64,000 bases of DNA from a virus. The stretch spans positions 3,918 to 67,917 of the IMG/VR virus record IMGVR_UViG_3300035137_000073. One strand, written 5' to 3'. A model generated the notes under the pieces. It was not told the origin of the DNA. It saw only the letters and a program-made list of their open reading frames with translations, and ran no database searches. Of the stretch, positions 39,282 through 47,780 are shown one piece after another. Within the stretch, counting starts at the first letter, position 1. The number at the start of each line of letters is the position of its first letter. The position numbers were made by a program, and so were the translations under genes.

Positions 39282-39291
39282 GTTTGGTAGG

Positions 39292-39385
39292 ACTGCGGGT
39301 GCCGGCGTTGGCGTAGTCGGGGCGATCCTGGGGTCGTCAAAAGGGTTTCTAGGACTCTGCGGGTTCGAATCCCGTTGCCTGTAGT
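39292..39385 (+). ncRNA. Degenerate tRNA-like structure
   Basis: ACTGCGGGTG/TGCCTGTAGT closing stem, CCGGC/GTCGG arm, TCCTGG/CTAGGA arm, T-arm GCGGG-TTCGAAT-CCCGT; no canonical anticodon loop or CCA. Confidence 0.4.
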
Positions 39386-39406
39386 GGCGAGTTCAACTGA
39401 ATCGAG

Positions 39407-39631
39407 GTGAGCGAGATGGTGTTTTCTGAGAAGCTGATGGCTTTAGTGAATGCGGAGATCGAAAAGGGTGCACTAAGCACACGGGCGGCGGATGTAGTAG
39501 CGAAGTTGCACGAGCAGCATAATGCGTGTGAGTTGAGAGTTCGGGAATTGCTGGAAGAGAACGAGAAGTTGCAAGAACAGGTCGAGCGTGACCGGTTTAG
39601 GGTTTGTGAAGCTAGCGGAACATCTAGCTGA
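39407..39631 (+). CDS. Coiled-coil hypothetical protein (paralog of next gene)
   Basis: Shares start context and N-terminal pattern with the 39680 gene. Confidence 0.55.
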   Translation: MSEMVFSEKLMALVNAEIEKGALSTRAADVVAKLHEQHNACELRVRELLEENEKLQEQVERDRFRVCEASGTSS

Positions 39632-39679
39632 TTGTGGTTATCGTCGCATCGAGGAGTTCATAGGGACAACGGAATCGAG

Positions 39680-40183
39680 GTGAGCAAGATGTCGTTACCG
39701 GATCAGGTTTTAGCGTTGGTGGATGTGGCTGTGGAGGAGAATACGTTCAGTTTGGATGCTGTGAAGGGCGTTCAGCGGCTCCGGAGTGAACATGCGGACA
39801 ACGTAATACGGATCGAGGAGATGCAGAAGTCGATCGACGAACTGGAGGAACGGGCCGAGAGTTGGGAGAAGCAGTTCCAGGTCGAACGCGGGCGATTCAA
39901 CGAACTGCAACTCAAGATGGATGAGTACGCGAAGCGCGAGAAGGAATTGGCGGAGCGCGAGTTCGAGTGTCGGGTTGGAGAAATGCGAGCTGTTGAGATG
40001 AATCAACGGCTTATCGATATGAAGGATTTGGTGGGGATGGTCTTTCGGAATCCGGTGTTGAAGCGAACGGTGACGGAGCCAGTGATGGTACCGCCGCCAA
40101 GTTTCGATTCTGGCTCTGGTTACGGGCTCCAGTGCGGTCATGTCGAGTCTCACACGCGGACGGAAGAAGAGGAGGAGGTCTGA
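39680..40183 (+). CDS. Coiled-coil hypothetical protein
   Basis: Heptad-rich ORF. Confidence 0.6.
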   Translation: MSKMSLPDQVLALVDVAVEENTFSLDAVKGVQRLRSEHADNVIRIEEMQKSIDELEERAESWEKQFQVERGRFNELQLKMDEYAKREKELAEREFECRVGEMRAVEMNQRLIDMKDLVGMVFRNPVLKRTVTEPVMVPPPSFDSGSGYGLQCGHVESHTRTEEEEEV

Positions 40184-40446
40184 TGTCGAGAATTGAGTTG
40201 TCGTCGCCGATGGCGGCGCCGGGTTCAGAGGATCCGGGTACGGTTGCGGCGGAGTGGTTGGATGAGGTGTGCGATATGACCTGTGGAATTCTGGGTTGTT
40301 CGTACAATGATGTTCTGACGGCGGCCGTGAAGAAGATAGTCGAAGAGGAGACGTGGGGCGCGTTGTTGCGGAACGAGCGGTTCATGGAGGTGGTACGGGC
40401 GGCGGTACAGGGATCGATTGACGGTTGGTTGGCCGAAAAGGAGTAG
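40183..40446 (+). CDS. Hypothetical protein
   Basis: TGATG coupling, GGAGG RBS. Confidence 0.55.
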   Translation: MSRIELSSPMAAPGSEDPGTVAAEWLDEVCDMTCGILGCSYNDVLTAAVKKIVEEETWGALLRNERFMEVVRAAVQGSIDGWLAEKE

Positions 40447-40451
40447 GCGAG

Positions 40452-40964
40452 ATGACGTTACTGACGGCTGTTTTGGTGGTTGTCTGTGGTGGTGTTTTGG
40501 CGGCATACGTGCTTCGTCGCCCATCGTTTGCACCAGGACTGGAACGAGCGTTCGAGGGTTTTGGTGACCGGGTCGTATCGGATCTGGCGTCGCGATTCGA
40601 GTCGTTGCGGGATCTGGATCGGTTGTCGGCTCGGAAACTGGAGTTGGAGGCCGAGGTTGCGGCGTTGTGGGCCGAGAAGGCCGATATCGAGAAGGCGTTC
40701 GCGCAGAGGCGGCGGGATTTGGAGCACGAGATGGGGCTGCAGAAGAAGGAGATGGACGCGGCACTCGAGCGGGGCCAGAAAACGGCCGACCTGGAAGCCG
40801 ATCGGAAAGTGCTGGAAGCTGAGCGGAAGTTCAACGACGACGTGTTGCAGGCGAAAGAGGCTGCGTTCAAGGAACAGGTAGCGGACCTGCGCGAGATTGC
40901 GGACCGGATGTTCCAGTTGGTACCGGACATGAAGGGCCGGATTGAGTTGAAGGGGGATGTGTAG
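40452..40964 (+). CDS. Membrane-anchored coiled-coil protein
   Basis: N-terminal TM then coiled coil. Confidence 0.65.
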   Translation: MTLLTAVLVVVCGGVLAAYVLRRPSFAPGLERAFEGFGDRVVSDLASRFESLRDLDRLSARKLELEAEVAALWAEKADIEKAFAQRRRDLEHEMGLQKKEMDAALERGQKTADLEADRKVLEAERKFNDDVLQAKEAAFKEQVADLREIADRMFQLVPDMKGRIELKGDV

Positions 40965-40967
40965 GAA

Positions 40968-42053
40968 ATGTCGGCGTTCTGGCCAATTGCTGGTCTGTTC
41001 GGCGGTGCTGGCGGACCTCTCGGCAACGCCGTGGCACAGCAACAAGAGTGGCTGCGGGAGGCTGCATTACAGGACGAATTGGCGCAGAAGCGGGCCGAGC
41101 TAAAGGCGTTGCGACAGCAGGAACACGCTCGCCAGCAACGGGAATTAGACTGCCTGTGTCTGTACCCCGAAACGCGGGCCGCACTTGAGCAGCAGAGGTT
41201 GCGGCGAATGGAAGAGGATCTAGATGTACGCATCGCGTCCGATCTCGTCCTTGTGGACGCTGGCGGTGGTTCACCGGAGTACGAGCCGAAAGTGTGCGAT
41301 TCATGGTTTGACTCCGAGTTGTTCTTGAAAACGCAAGAAATCGAACTCAGAGCCCGATGTGAAGGCCGCGATCTTTCGCATGAAGACGCGAAACGTGAAG
41401 CCCGTGCGGCTCTGATGACCAATCCGGCGTATGTCGCGAAACTGCGCGAGAGACACCGTAAGCAACGAGCGGAGTTGGATTCAGCCACACGGCAACTCGG
41501 CCTAACACAGGAGCAGCTTAAGGCGGCGACGGATCCGTTGGTTATCCCGAAAGGGGCGCTATCGGCACCTGTCGATCTAGCCGCGATGGTCGAGGAGACG
41601 CGTCGGGTAGGTAGTCGGATGTTGGGGACGGATGATACGACGAGTCAGTACGGATCGCAGGCGCTTCAGGGTGAGGCGACGAGACACGCTCAGCAGGCCG
41701 CCAAGACGGCGATCGCGTTGTTTCGGGCACATGTACGTCCGACACTGTCCAAGACGGTCGCAGGCCACTTCCTTAATGACCAGGAACGTCGGGCCGCACA
41801 GGAATGGGTCGATGCGGCGTGGGAGCGCACGAAACGTTGGTGTCCCCATGACTGCGGGCTATCGTACTTTCGTGAAGTAATATTCATGCCGGCTGTCGAG
41901 CTTTTCAATGACCAACTTGCCCATGGCATTTACCGACACCTCGAACCAGGCGACGTCGAGGGCATGCACACAGAATTCCAACTGCTTTTGCGGACATTCG
42001 TAGACAGAAAAAACAACAAAGCACAGACAATACCACGCATTCCGCCCTTTTAA
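40968..42053 (+). CDS. Hypothetical protein
   Basis: 361-aa helical ORF. Confidence 0.6.
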   Translation: MSAFWPIAGLFGGAGGPLGNAVAQQQEWLREAALQDELAQKRAELKALRQQEHARQQRELDCLCLYPETRAALEQQRLRRMEEDLDVRIASDLVLVDAGGGSPEYEPKVCDSWFDSELFLKTQEIELRARCEGRDLSHEDAKREARAALMTNPAYVAKLRERHRKQRAELDSATRQLGLTQEQLKAATDPLVIPKGALSAPVDLAAMVEETRRVGSRMLGTDDTTSQYGSQALQGEATRHAQQAAKTAIALFRAHVRPTLSKTVAGHFLNDQERRAAQEWVDAAWERTKRWCPHDCGLSYFREVIFMPAVELFNDQLAHGIYRHLEPGDVEGMHTEFQLLLRTFVDRKNNKAQTIPRIPPF

Positions 42054-42067
42054 GAAGGGATAGTCCA

Positions 42068-42517
42068 ATGATCCGAGTTCAGATAGACGAGTGGTTGCAT
42101 CACGACGACATGTTTGATCGTGAGCCGAAGGCGGAGGATCCGAACGGTCCTCGAACGAGTCCGGGCCGGATGATGCACTCGCGCACGTTGCTGTTGCAGG
42201 ACTTCGAGCATCTGGAGGTCGCGCCTGTTGTGGCGTTTCTGAACGGTTTGGTGGCGCCGCCGTTGTGCCGGTGCGGGCATTCGAAGGAGATGCACACGGG
42301 TGGATGCTCAGCGTGGGATCCTGGTGGTTTCGGTACCTGCGACTGCAAGGAGTACCAGCCGGTGACGGTCAACGACTTCCTGAATCTTCAGAATGAACTA
42401 GGTTCGGTGCGGCAGGACCTGGAGAGTGTGTGCCAGGATCTTCGGACGGCTCTGAAGGCTCGGGAGGAGCTGCGCCGCAAGCTCGAGCGGCTGGAAAAGA
42501 AGGGAAAGAAGAAATGA
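42068..42517 (+). CDS. Hypothetical protein (Cys/His knuckle plus coiled coil)
   Basis: CRCGH...H...C...CDC. Confidence 0.6.
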   Translation: MIRVQIDEWLHHDDMFDREPKAEDPNGPRTSPGRMMHSRTLLLQDFEHLEVAPVVAFLNGLVAPPLCRCGHSKEMHTGGCSAWDPGGFGTCDCKEYQPVTVNDFLNLQNELGSVRQDLESVCQDLRTALKAREELRRKLERLEKKGKKK

Positions 42518-42762
42518 GCGTACCCACTACATCTGAGTTACTAGCCGTTGATGTCGAGTCCGGTGTTACCGTGACCCTGCCGATGCAGCGGTATCTGCAT
42601 TTGATCTGGAATGACGCCGAATTGAGACGAATTCAACGACGGGCAGACGGAAAGATCGCAGACGTGTTGGAGGAGTGTCTTGCAACGCGCTGTTCGGACC
42701 TACGGAAGCTGTTGCAAACAACCGCCCAAACATACCGGGAGCTCAGCGGAGAGAAGAAATGA
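42514..42762 (+). CDS. Hypothetical protein
   Basis: ATGA overlap. Confidence 0.55.
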   Translation: MSVPTTSELLAVDVESGVTVTLPMQRYLHLIWNDAELRRIQRRADGKIADVLEECLATRCSDLRKLLQTTAQTYRELSGEKK

Positions 42763-42908
42763 GTCTCACGGGTCCGAAGAAGTTTCGGATCTTCTGTCTT
42801 CGTTGCAATTGGGAAAGATGGCCGTGGTTCAGCGATCGTGATTTGTGGGGTCAGTACTCGGCCTGTCCGGCGTGTGGTGGCCCTACTGACGGATTGGAGA
42901 AGAAATGA
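42759..42908 (+). CDS. Small Zn-ribbon protein
   Basis: CLRC...CPACGG; ATGA overlap. Confidence 0.55.
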   Translation: MSLTGPKKFRIFCLRCNWERWPWFSDRDLWGQYSACPACGGPTDGLEKK

Positions 42909-43111
42909 GCGCAATCCAAATTACTTTGCGCAATGGGGACACTTACTTCACGCAGGACTATGACACGCCAGCCGAGGTTCGTGGTGCGATTCAAGAAGGT
43001 GACGAGTTGGCTGTGTTTTGGTTTGCCAGGTGGGGTAGGCGGTTTAGCGAGACGTTGTTGGTGGATTGGGACGAAGTCGGATACCTAGTGACGGAGCGAG
43101 AGATTCCGTGA
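42905..43111 (+). CDS. Hypothetical protein
   Basis: ATGA overlap. Confidence 0.55.
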   Translation: MSAIQITLRNGDTYFTQDYDTPAEVRGAIQEGDELAVFWFARWGRRFSETLLVDWDEVGYLVTEREIP

Positions 43112-43347
43112 GTCCCGTATCTCCCGGTGAGCAGTTTGTGGATGTCTTCCGGTCGTTGTTTCGGGCTGCGGTTGAGCAGCCGAGGCCGTCGCCGGAGCTG
43201 GTAGTAGCGATAGAGAAGGCGCGTTCGATGGCGATGGGTGTGGGTCAGGCTCCGATTCGGGAGCGTGTTGCTGAGTCGGTTGGTAGTGGGGCGCGCGCGG
43301 AGCGTTTGGCGGAAAGCCTACTGAGGATCTACGAGGACGAGGAATGA
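43108..43347 (+). CDS. Hypothetical protein
   Basis: GTGA overlap. Confidence 0.5.
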   Translation: MSPVSPGEQFVDVFRSLFRAAVEQPRPSPELVVAIEKARSMAMGVGQAPIRERVAESVGSGARAERLAESLLRIYEDEE

Positions 43348-43351
43348 AACG

Positions 43352-43924
43352 ATGGCAACAGCAGTAGTAGAGCACGAGAAATTCGCCCCGACACGGTACA
43401 ACCCGCCAAAGGAACTGAGTTTCGAGGAATGGGGGCAGGATGTCGCGACGGCGATCGCGATGGAGAAGGCGCTGCCGTGGTGGCTTGGCGACTTGCTCAA
43501 TCTCGGCGAGAACCGATGGGGCGAGAAGTACACACAGGCCGTTTCGATTACCGGAATCGCCCCTGAACGGCTGGCGAATTACGCGTACGTCGCGGCTCAA
43601 ATCTCATTCCGGAATGAGAAACTGTCGTGGACGCACCATCTTGTCGTCGCGAAGCTGGAGCCTGGCGAGCAGAAGATGTGGCTGGATACGGCGGAAGCGA
43701 ACGAGTGGAGCTCGAAGGAATTGCGCGAGGCGGTCAAGGCTCACCAGGCGCCGACCTCGAGCGGCGATTCGGACGATGAGAAGCCGGAGGTACGCGAGAA
43801 GGTACCTGACGGCGAGTTCATGAATCGTCCGATTCAGTATCGGATTGATTCAACGACGGACGGATTGGTAGTACGGGGTCCTGAGGAGTTGCTGGTGGCG
43901 TTATCGAACGTCGTGGAGGGCTGA
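43352..43924 (+). CDS. LmbU-like HTH DNA-binding protein carrying palindrome copy 4 in its coding sequence
   Basis: LSFEEW...WWLGD...GE...Y.QA..ITG...L.NY..VA...R...LSWTHH..VA.L....Q..WL..A....S..ELR. Confidence 0.75.
   Translation: MATAVVEHEKFAPTRYNPPKELSFEEWGQDVATAIAMEKALPWWLGDLLNLGENRWGEKYTQAVSITGIAPERLANYAYVAAQISFRNEKLSWTHHLVVAKLEPGEQKMWLDTAEANEWSSKELREAVKAHQAPTSSGDSDDEKPEVREKVPDGEFMNRPIQYRIDSTTDGLVVRGPEELLVALSNVVEG
43602..43619. repeat. Palindrome copy 4 (perfect)
   Basis: TCTCATTCCGGAATGAGA, encoding ISFRNEK. Confidence 0.9.
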
Positions 43925-43927
43925 CGA

Positions 43928-44266
43928 ATGGAAAGAAGAGGTTTTCTAGGAGCTGTCATGGCAAGCGTCGTTGTTCCTGTCTCGGAGCCCGAACTTTCTG
44001 GTAAAGCCCCCGGATTAGTGGGCGCAATGGGGCAGTCGATAGACAGTCTAGGAAAGATCGTCATCAACGTAGACCCAATGGAGTGGTTGTCCAAGTGGGT
44101 CGAAGACCCACAACACAGGCCGGTAGGTAAGGTTGTCGCGATCACGCGCCACGACCGAACGATGACGCTGCGGCTGCGACCGTGGGACGAGAGCGACCAC
44201 ACAACCGTTACGATGCCGTACGAGGTGTACAGCCCAGACTGGCAAACGGTGAGGACAAATGTCTGA
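43928..44266 (+). CDS. Small protein with twin-arginine-like signal
   Basis: MERRGFLGAVMASVVVP. Confidence 0.6.
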   Translation: MERRGFLGAVMASVVVPVSEPELSGKAPGLVGAMGQSIDSLGKIVINVDPMEWLSKWVEDPQHRPVGKVVAITRHDRTMTLRLRPWDESDHTTVTMPYEVYSPDWQTVRTNV

Positions 44267-44428
44267 CCTTCTGACGACCTACGCCCGGCATTCGATCGAA
44301 GATCTGACGGACGAGGAGTTGCGTGCGTACGGGGGTGCGTTGCGAAAGGAGTTGGGGAAGCTACTGCGTCGGTACCGTGCATTACGGGAGCGTCTGGTTG
44401 AGGTCGACAAGGAAATGGAGGCGCGGAA

Positions 44429-44641
44429 GTGAACGAGTCGTTCAGCGGTAGCGCCGATGAAGCGCGGTTTCTATTGAAACTCGTCCGTGCGTACCAGGGG
44501 GCACAGGAAACGATTTTTCACATCGGCGTGCTCTTGGACGAGTTCGGCCTACGTCGCAACAACTACGACCTCAACAACGACCGAATGCTGGAAATCGCCA
44601 AATCCATGGCTGAGCAAGAGCAGTCCGATGAGCAAGGGTAG
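44429..44641 (+). CDS. Hypothetical protein
   Basis: GGAGG RBS. Confidence 0.5.
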   Translation: MNESFSGSADEARFLLKLVRAYQGAQETIFHIGVLLDEFGLRRNNYDLNNDRMLEIAKSMAEQEQSDEQG

Positions 44642-44849
44642 CGTTCGTCGTCCGGAGAACCCCGACAAGGAGCCTGGGGCGTACGAGCGGGGGTACGACC
44701 AGATCGAGTGGCCGAATCGGAAGAAGAAGCCGCAGGGATTCGAGCGCATCGGGGAATTTAATGGGATTGAGTACTGGTCCCATCCGGACGTGCCTGAGGA
44801 TGAGATTGTCGTGCTCAATACGCCGCGGGTCGTACCACCGGAGGAATAG
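44628..44849 (+). CDS. Hypothetical protein
   Basis: MSKGSVRRP...Y..GYD.I, a common small phage protein pattern. Confidence 0.55.
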   Translation: MSKGSVRRPENPDKEPGAYERGYDQIEWPNRKKKPQGFERIGEFNGIEYWSHPDVPEDEIVVLNTPRVVPPEE

Positions 44850-44852
44850 CAC

Positions 44853-44987
44853 ATGCCCTACAAACGCATTGGCAAGACGGTGTATGTGAGGAAAGACGGT
44901 GAATGGCAAGTTGTGAAGAAGCATCCGAACGAACGCGCCGCTCAGAAGCATTTGGTGGCGCTGAAGATCAATGTGAAGGAGAAATAG
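44853..44987 (+). CDS. Small basic phage protein (not in ORF track)
   Basis: MPYKRIGKTVYVRKDGEWQVVKKHPNERAAQKHLVALKINVKEK; GGAGG RBS. Confidence 0.6.
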   Translation: MPYKRIGKTVYVRKDGEWQVVKKHPNERAAQKHLVALKINVKEK

Positions 44988-45191
44988 ATGTGTGATTGCG
45001 ACAGGCGGTATCAGCCACTTGGCGACGGGGCGATTATGCTGGTGCTTTTGTTCTCGTTCTACGCCCACATTGGGAAATGGTGGTTAGCGCTAGTTCTTGT
45101 CGGAATCGGAGCCATTTTGAATTTGGTGCAGCAGCATTTGGTTGGCTCACGAATTCGGCGAGTGATCAATGAAGCCAAGGGTCCACCATGA
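44988..45191 (+). CDS. Small two-TM protein
   Basis: Hydrophobic helices; AAGGAG RBS. Confidence 0.5.
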   Translation: MCDCDRRYQPLGDGAIMLVLLFSFYAHIGKWWLALVLVGIGAILNLVQQHLVGSRIRRVINEAKGPP

Positions 45192-45336
45192 AACGCCGCT
45201 CGAAGATTTACGAGTTCACACGCCGCGACGGAATGCCTTTTTCTGGGCGCATTGTCACCGACGAGAAGTATGATCTGCCGGCTCTCTGCCTTTTGTCGGC
45301 TGCGCTCGGTTTCGTCCTTGCGATGATAGTGTTGCT

Positions 45337-45498
45337 ATGAACCGTCTCCTCGTCCTCCTCTGCGCGCTGTTCAGTCTTGGGTGCGGCGATCCGGTAGGTC
45401 CGGGTCCGGTCGGTCGTTCGGAGGTACGGTTGCGGGCATGCGTTATTGACACGGTGGTAGCGGGTGACCGAATTTTCGTACTAAAGGAGTGTTACTGA
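45337..45498 (+). CDS. Small lipoprotein (not in ORF track)
   Basis: MNRLLVLLCALFSLGC lipobox; TGATG coupling to the next gene. Confidence 0.5.
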   Translation: MNRLLVLLCALFSLGCGDPVGPGPVGRSEVRLRACVIDTVVAGDRIFVLKECY

Positions 45499-45851
45499 TG
45501 GGTGACAGTGTTGAACTTGAACGGCTGCGGGCGCTGGCGAAAGCATGCAAGGCCGAGTGGGATGAGGATGTCGGGTGGGTGCTGCCGTTTTTTACTCAGC
45601 TAGGCGAGCATTTCGAGTGCGGCGATGAGGTTTTTGAGAATCCGAAGTTTCCGCTCGACGAGTGGATAGAACGGCGCAGGGCAACGTCGGCCAAGCTCTC
45701 TCATTTGAAAAAAGCTGCGGGTAGTTTGGTGGACGCAGTCGATTCATTGATGAGCGGTTCACAGATCGACGTCGTTGGAGTCATCGAGTTACCCCTTGAG
45801 GAAACAAGGACTGTGCTGGCGTTGATCCAATCGCCAAAACGAGTGACATAG
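45498..45851 (+). CDS. Hypothetical protein
   Basis: AAGGAG RBS. Confidence 0.55.
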   Translation: MGDSVELERLRALAKACKAEWDEDVGWVLPFFTQLGEHFECGDEVFENPKFPLDEWIERRRATSAKLSHLKKAAGSLVDAVDSLMSGSQIDVVGVIELPLEETRTVLALIQSPKRVT

Positions 45852-45855
45852 GAGT

Positions 45856-46269
45856 GTGACAATGGCGCAATACTACAGGCAGAATACGCGAGAAGCAGGC
45901 CAAAACCCAAGATTGGTCGTCGAAGCATGGCAGTACATGCCTGAAGGTGGCGGCAAGGATCCGGAGTGGGTCACGGCGGCGAAGAAGGCTGGCGTGTTCG
46001 ATTCGCGGTTCGAGGGCGGTGAGGGGTTCAAGGGAGCCCTGACGGCACCTGACGAGGATGGCGTGGTATCGAAAGTACCCGTTGCGCCTCAGGACTGGGT
46101 TGTCGTTCGCAAGCTGGCAGGCAAAGAGCCTGTTGTCGACAGGATGTTTGTGTTCGCTCGATACGCCGATGGGACGCTGGCTGATCGGTACGCGGTCGTC
46201 GGCGTCTTCAACCCGGCCCTGTTCGCGTCGAAGTTCGAGGCGGTGAAGGAGAAGACTGACGATGCCTAA
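45856..46269 (+). CDS. Divergent RKKPV/PGDYG-like family protein
   Basis: YR...VVEAWQ...QDWVV...F.P.LF...FEAV resembles the next gene. Confidence 0.55.
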   Translation: MTMAQYYRQNTREAGQNPRLVVEAWQYMPEGGGKDPEWVTAAKKAGVFDSRFEGGEGFKGALTAPDEDGVVSKVPVAPQDWVVVRKLAGKEPVVDRMFVFARYADGTLADRYAVVGVFNPALFASKFEAVKEKTDDA

Positions 46270-46582
46270 GTACCGAAAGAAGCCGGTCGAGATCGAAGCG
46301 TTTCAGTTGACCGAGGAAACGCGGTGGGATAACCGAGACTGGCCGGAATGGCTGAACAAGGCATGGAACATGGGGCATGACGAGTACGGCGCTGTGTTTC
46401 CGGCTCCCCATAGGCGTCCGGCGAAGGGACACGAGAGTGCGACGGATCTGGTCATCAACACTCTTGAGGGGCAAATGTTGGTCAACCCAAGCGATTGGAT
46501 CATTCGCGGGGTCGCCGGCGAGTTGTATCCGTGCCAAGACGCGATCTTTGCGGCGACGTATGAGGCGGTGTCGGCCGAATGA
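46262..46582 (+). CDS. RKKPV/PGDYG-like phage protein (candidate nucleotide-signal sponge)
   Basis: MPKYRKKPVEIEA...TLEG.M....DWIIRGV.GELYPC...IF..TYE. Confidence 0.75.
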   Translation: MPKYRKKPVEIEAFQLTEETRWDNRDWPEWLNKAWNMGHDEYGAVFPAPHRRPAKGHESATDLVINTLEGQMLVNPSDWIIRGVAGELYPCQDAIFAATYEAVSAE

Positions 46583-46791
46583 GCCGCCTCCGGGCTTGCA
46601 GGGAGTGTCTGAGGGTCTGTTGGGAAGATCGTATGCACGACAGGAAGTGCGGGCCTTGTGCAGGCGCGAAGGTCGAACATGTGGAACAGGAGTCGCCGTG
46701 GTGGCGACCGTTTGCGGTTTCGCTCGTGGTATCCGTTCTGGTCGCCATGGTTGTGATGTGGTTGCTCTTTTCAACTGGAGTGTTGCGATGA
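46579..46791 (+). CDS. Cys-motif, C-terminal TM protein
   Basis: ATGA overlap. Confidence 0.5.
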   Translation: MSRLRACRECLRVCWEDRMHDRKCGPCAGAKVEHVEQESPWWRPFAVSLVVSVLVAMVVMWLLFSTGVLR

Positions 46792-47189
46792 ACCGTCGTT
46801 CGTTCGTTTCCCGTCTCGTCGTTGCGATCCTGGCGTTGGTCGGGATCAGAGGTAGTGGGCCCAAACCTGTACGGATCGCTGAGATCAGTGAAACCTACAG
46901 GACCATTGTGTATGATTTGGGCGCCCAGGGGTTGAATTTCTGCACGCTAAGCGTCGGCGATGGCTGGCCGATGACCCCGGAGACCCTGCAAGTATCTCTC
47001 GACGAATCATATGGGCCAGGTAGGTGGCGAGTGCTGCCTTTCTTCGTCGACACAACAGACATTCATACGGCGACATGGCAACAATGGAAGCCTGTGCGCG
47101 GTGCGCCCGAGACGATTGACCACCCTGAAGTTCAAAAGCATTGGCGCCGACTCGCCAACCACCTCGTCAACCACGATATCACAGCATGA
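46788..47189 (+). CDS. Small protein with twin-arginine-like signal
   Basis: MNRRSFVSRLVVAILALVG; ATGA overlap. Confidence 0.6.
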   Translation: MNRRSFVSRLVVAILALVGIRGSGPKPVRIAEISETYRTIVYDLGAQGLNFCTLSVGDGWPMTPETLQVSLDESYGPGRWRVLPFFVDTTDIHTATWQQWKPVRGAPETIDHPEVQKHWRRLANHLVNHDITA

Positions 47190-47410
47190 CCATCACACCG
47201 ATGGTTGTGTTTCTGTGTGTCGGGTACGGGCCGCTGAACCCGGAGTACGCGGAAAACCCCACCGGTGCATTGGCTATTGGTGTGAGGTGTTTGCGCCGTT
47301 TCCTGGTTGCGCAAGCGCATGGTTCGGTATCTGTAGCGCTGTCGGCGGAAACTCAAAGAAGTCACGATAGCATGGTCATCGAGATCCACCGAAGGGCGGC
47401 GCGAAACTAA
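47186..47410 (+). CDS. Hypothetical protein
   Basis: ATGA overlap. Confidence 0.4.
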   Translation: MTITPMVVFLCVGYGPLNPEYAENPTGALAIGVRCLRRFLVAQAHGSVSVALSAETQRSHDSMVIEIHRRAARN

Positions 47411-47513
47411 TGCAGTTCCCCCCGCAGTCCCACACGCTCATTGAGCGCTCAGCCTCCGCTACGTCCGACGTATGGTGGGGAATCGTCGGACTCCTTCCTT
47501 CGCTGGGGCAGTA

Positions 47514-47780
47514 ATGAGATCTCGCAAGAAGAGATATAGATGTTCAATAATACCTGGATTCTGGCGTCCATTCTGGCGATTTCTGCCCTTCTCTACACGT
47601 CTCAAGATTGAGAAGTACTACATAGACCGACTCGGCGAGTGGACGCAGATTTTCACCTCTTCCAACGCCAATCCCTGGTTGCCCCTGATGTGTGGTTGTC
47701 GCGACAGGTGGGGCTGGTGCGCTGGCCCGAAAGCCAAACCACCGCCACCGTGCCCCGGATGTGGGAGAGCGTTACGATGA
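47514..47780 (+). CDS. Hypothetical Cys-containing protein
   Basis: CGC...CPGC; overlaps the next gene. Confidence 0.45.
   Translation: MRSRKKRYRCSIIPGFWRPFWRFLPFSTRLKIEKYYIDRLGEWTQIFTSSNANPWLPLMCGCRDRWGWCAGPKAKPPPPCPGCGRALR

Noticed and set aside
39292-39385. Functional tRNA-Sec/opal suppressor (TCA in loop)
   Set aside because: No 7-nt anticodon loop with a proper stem, no long variable arm, no CCA
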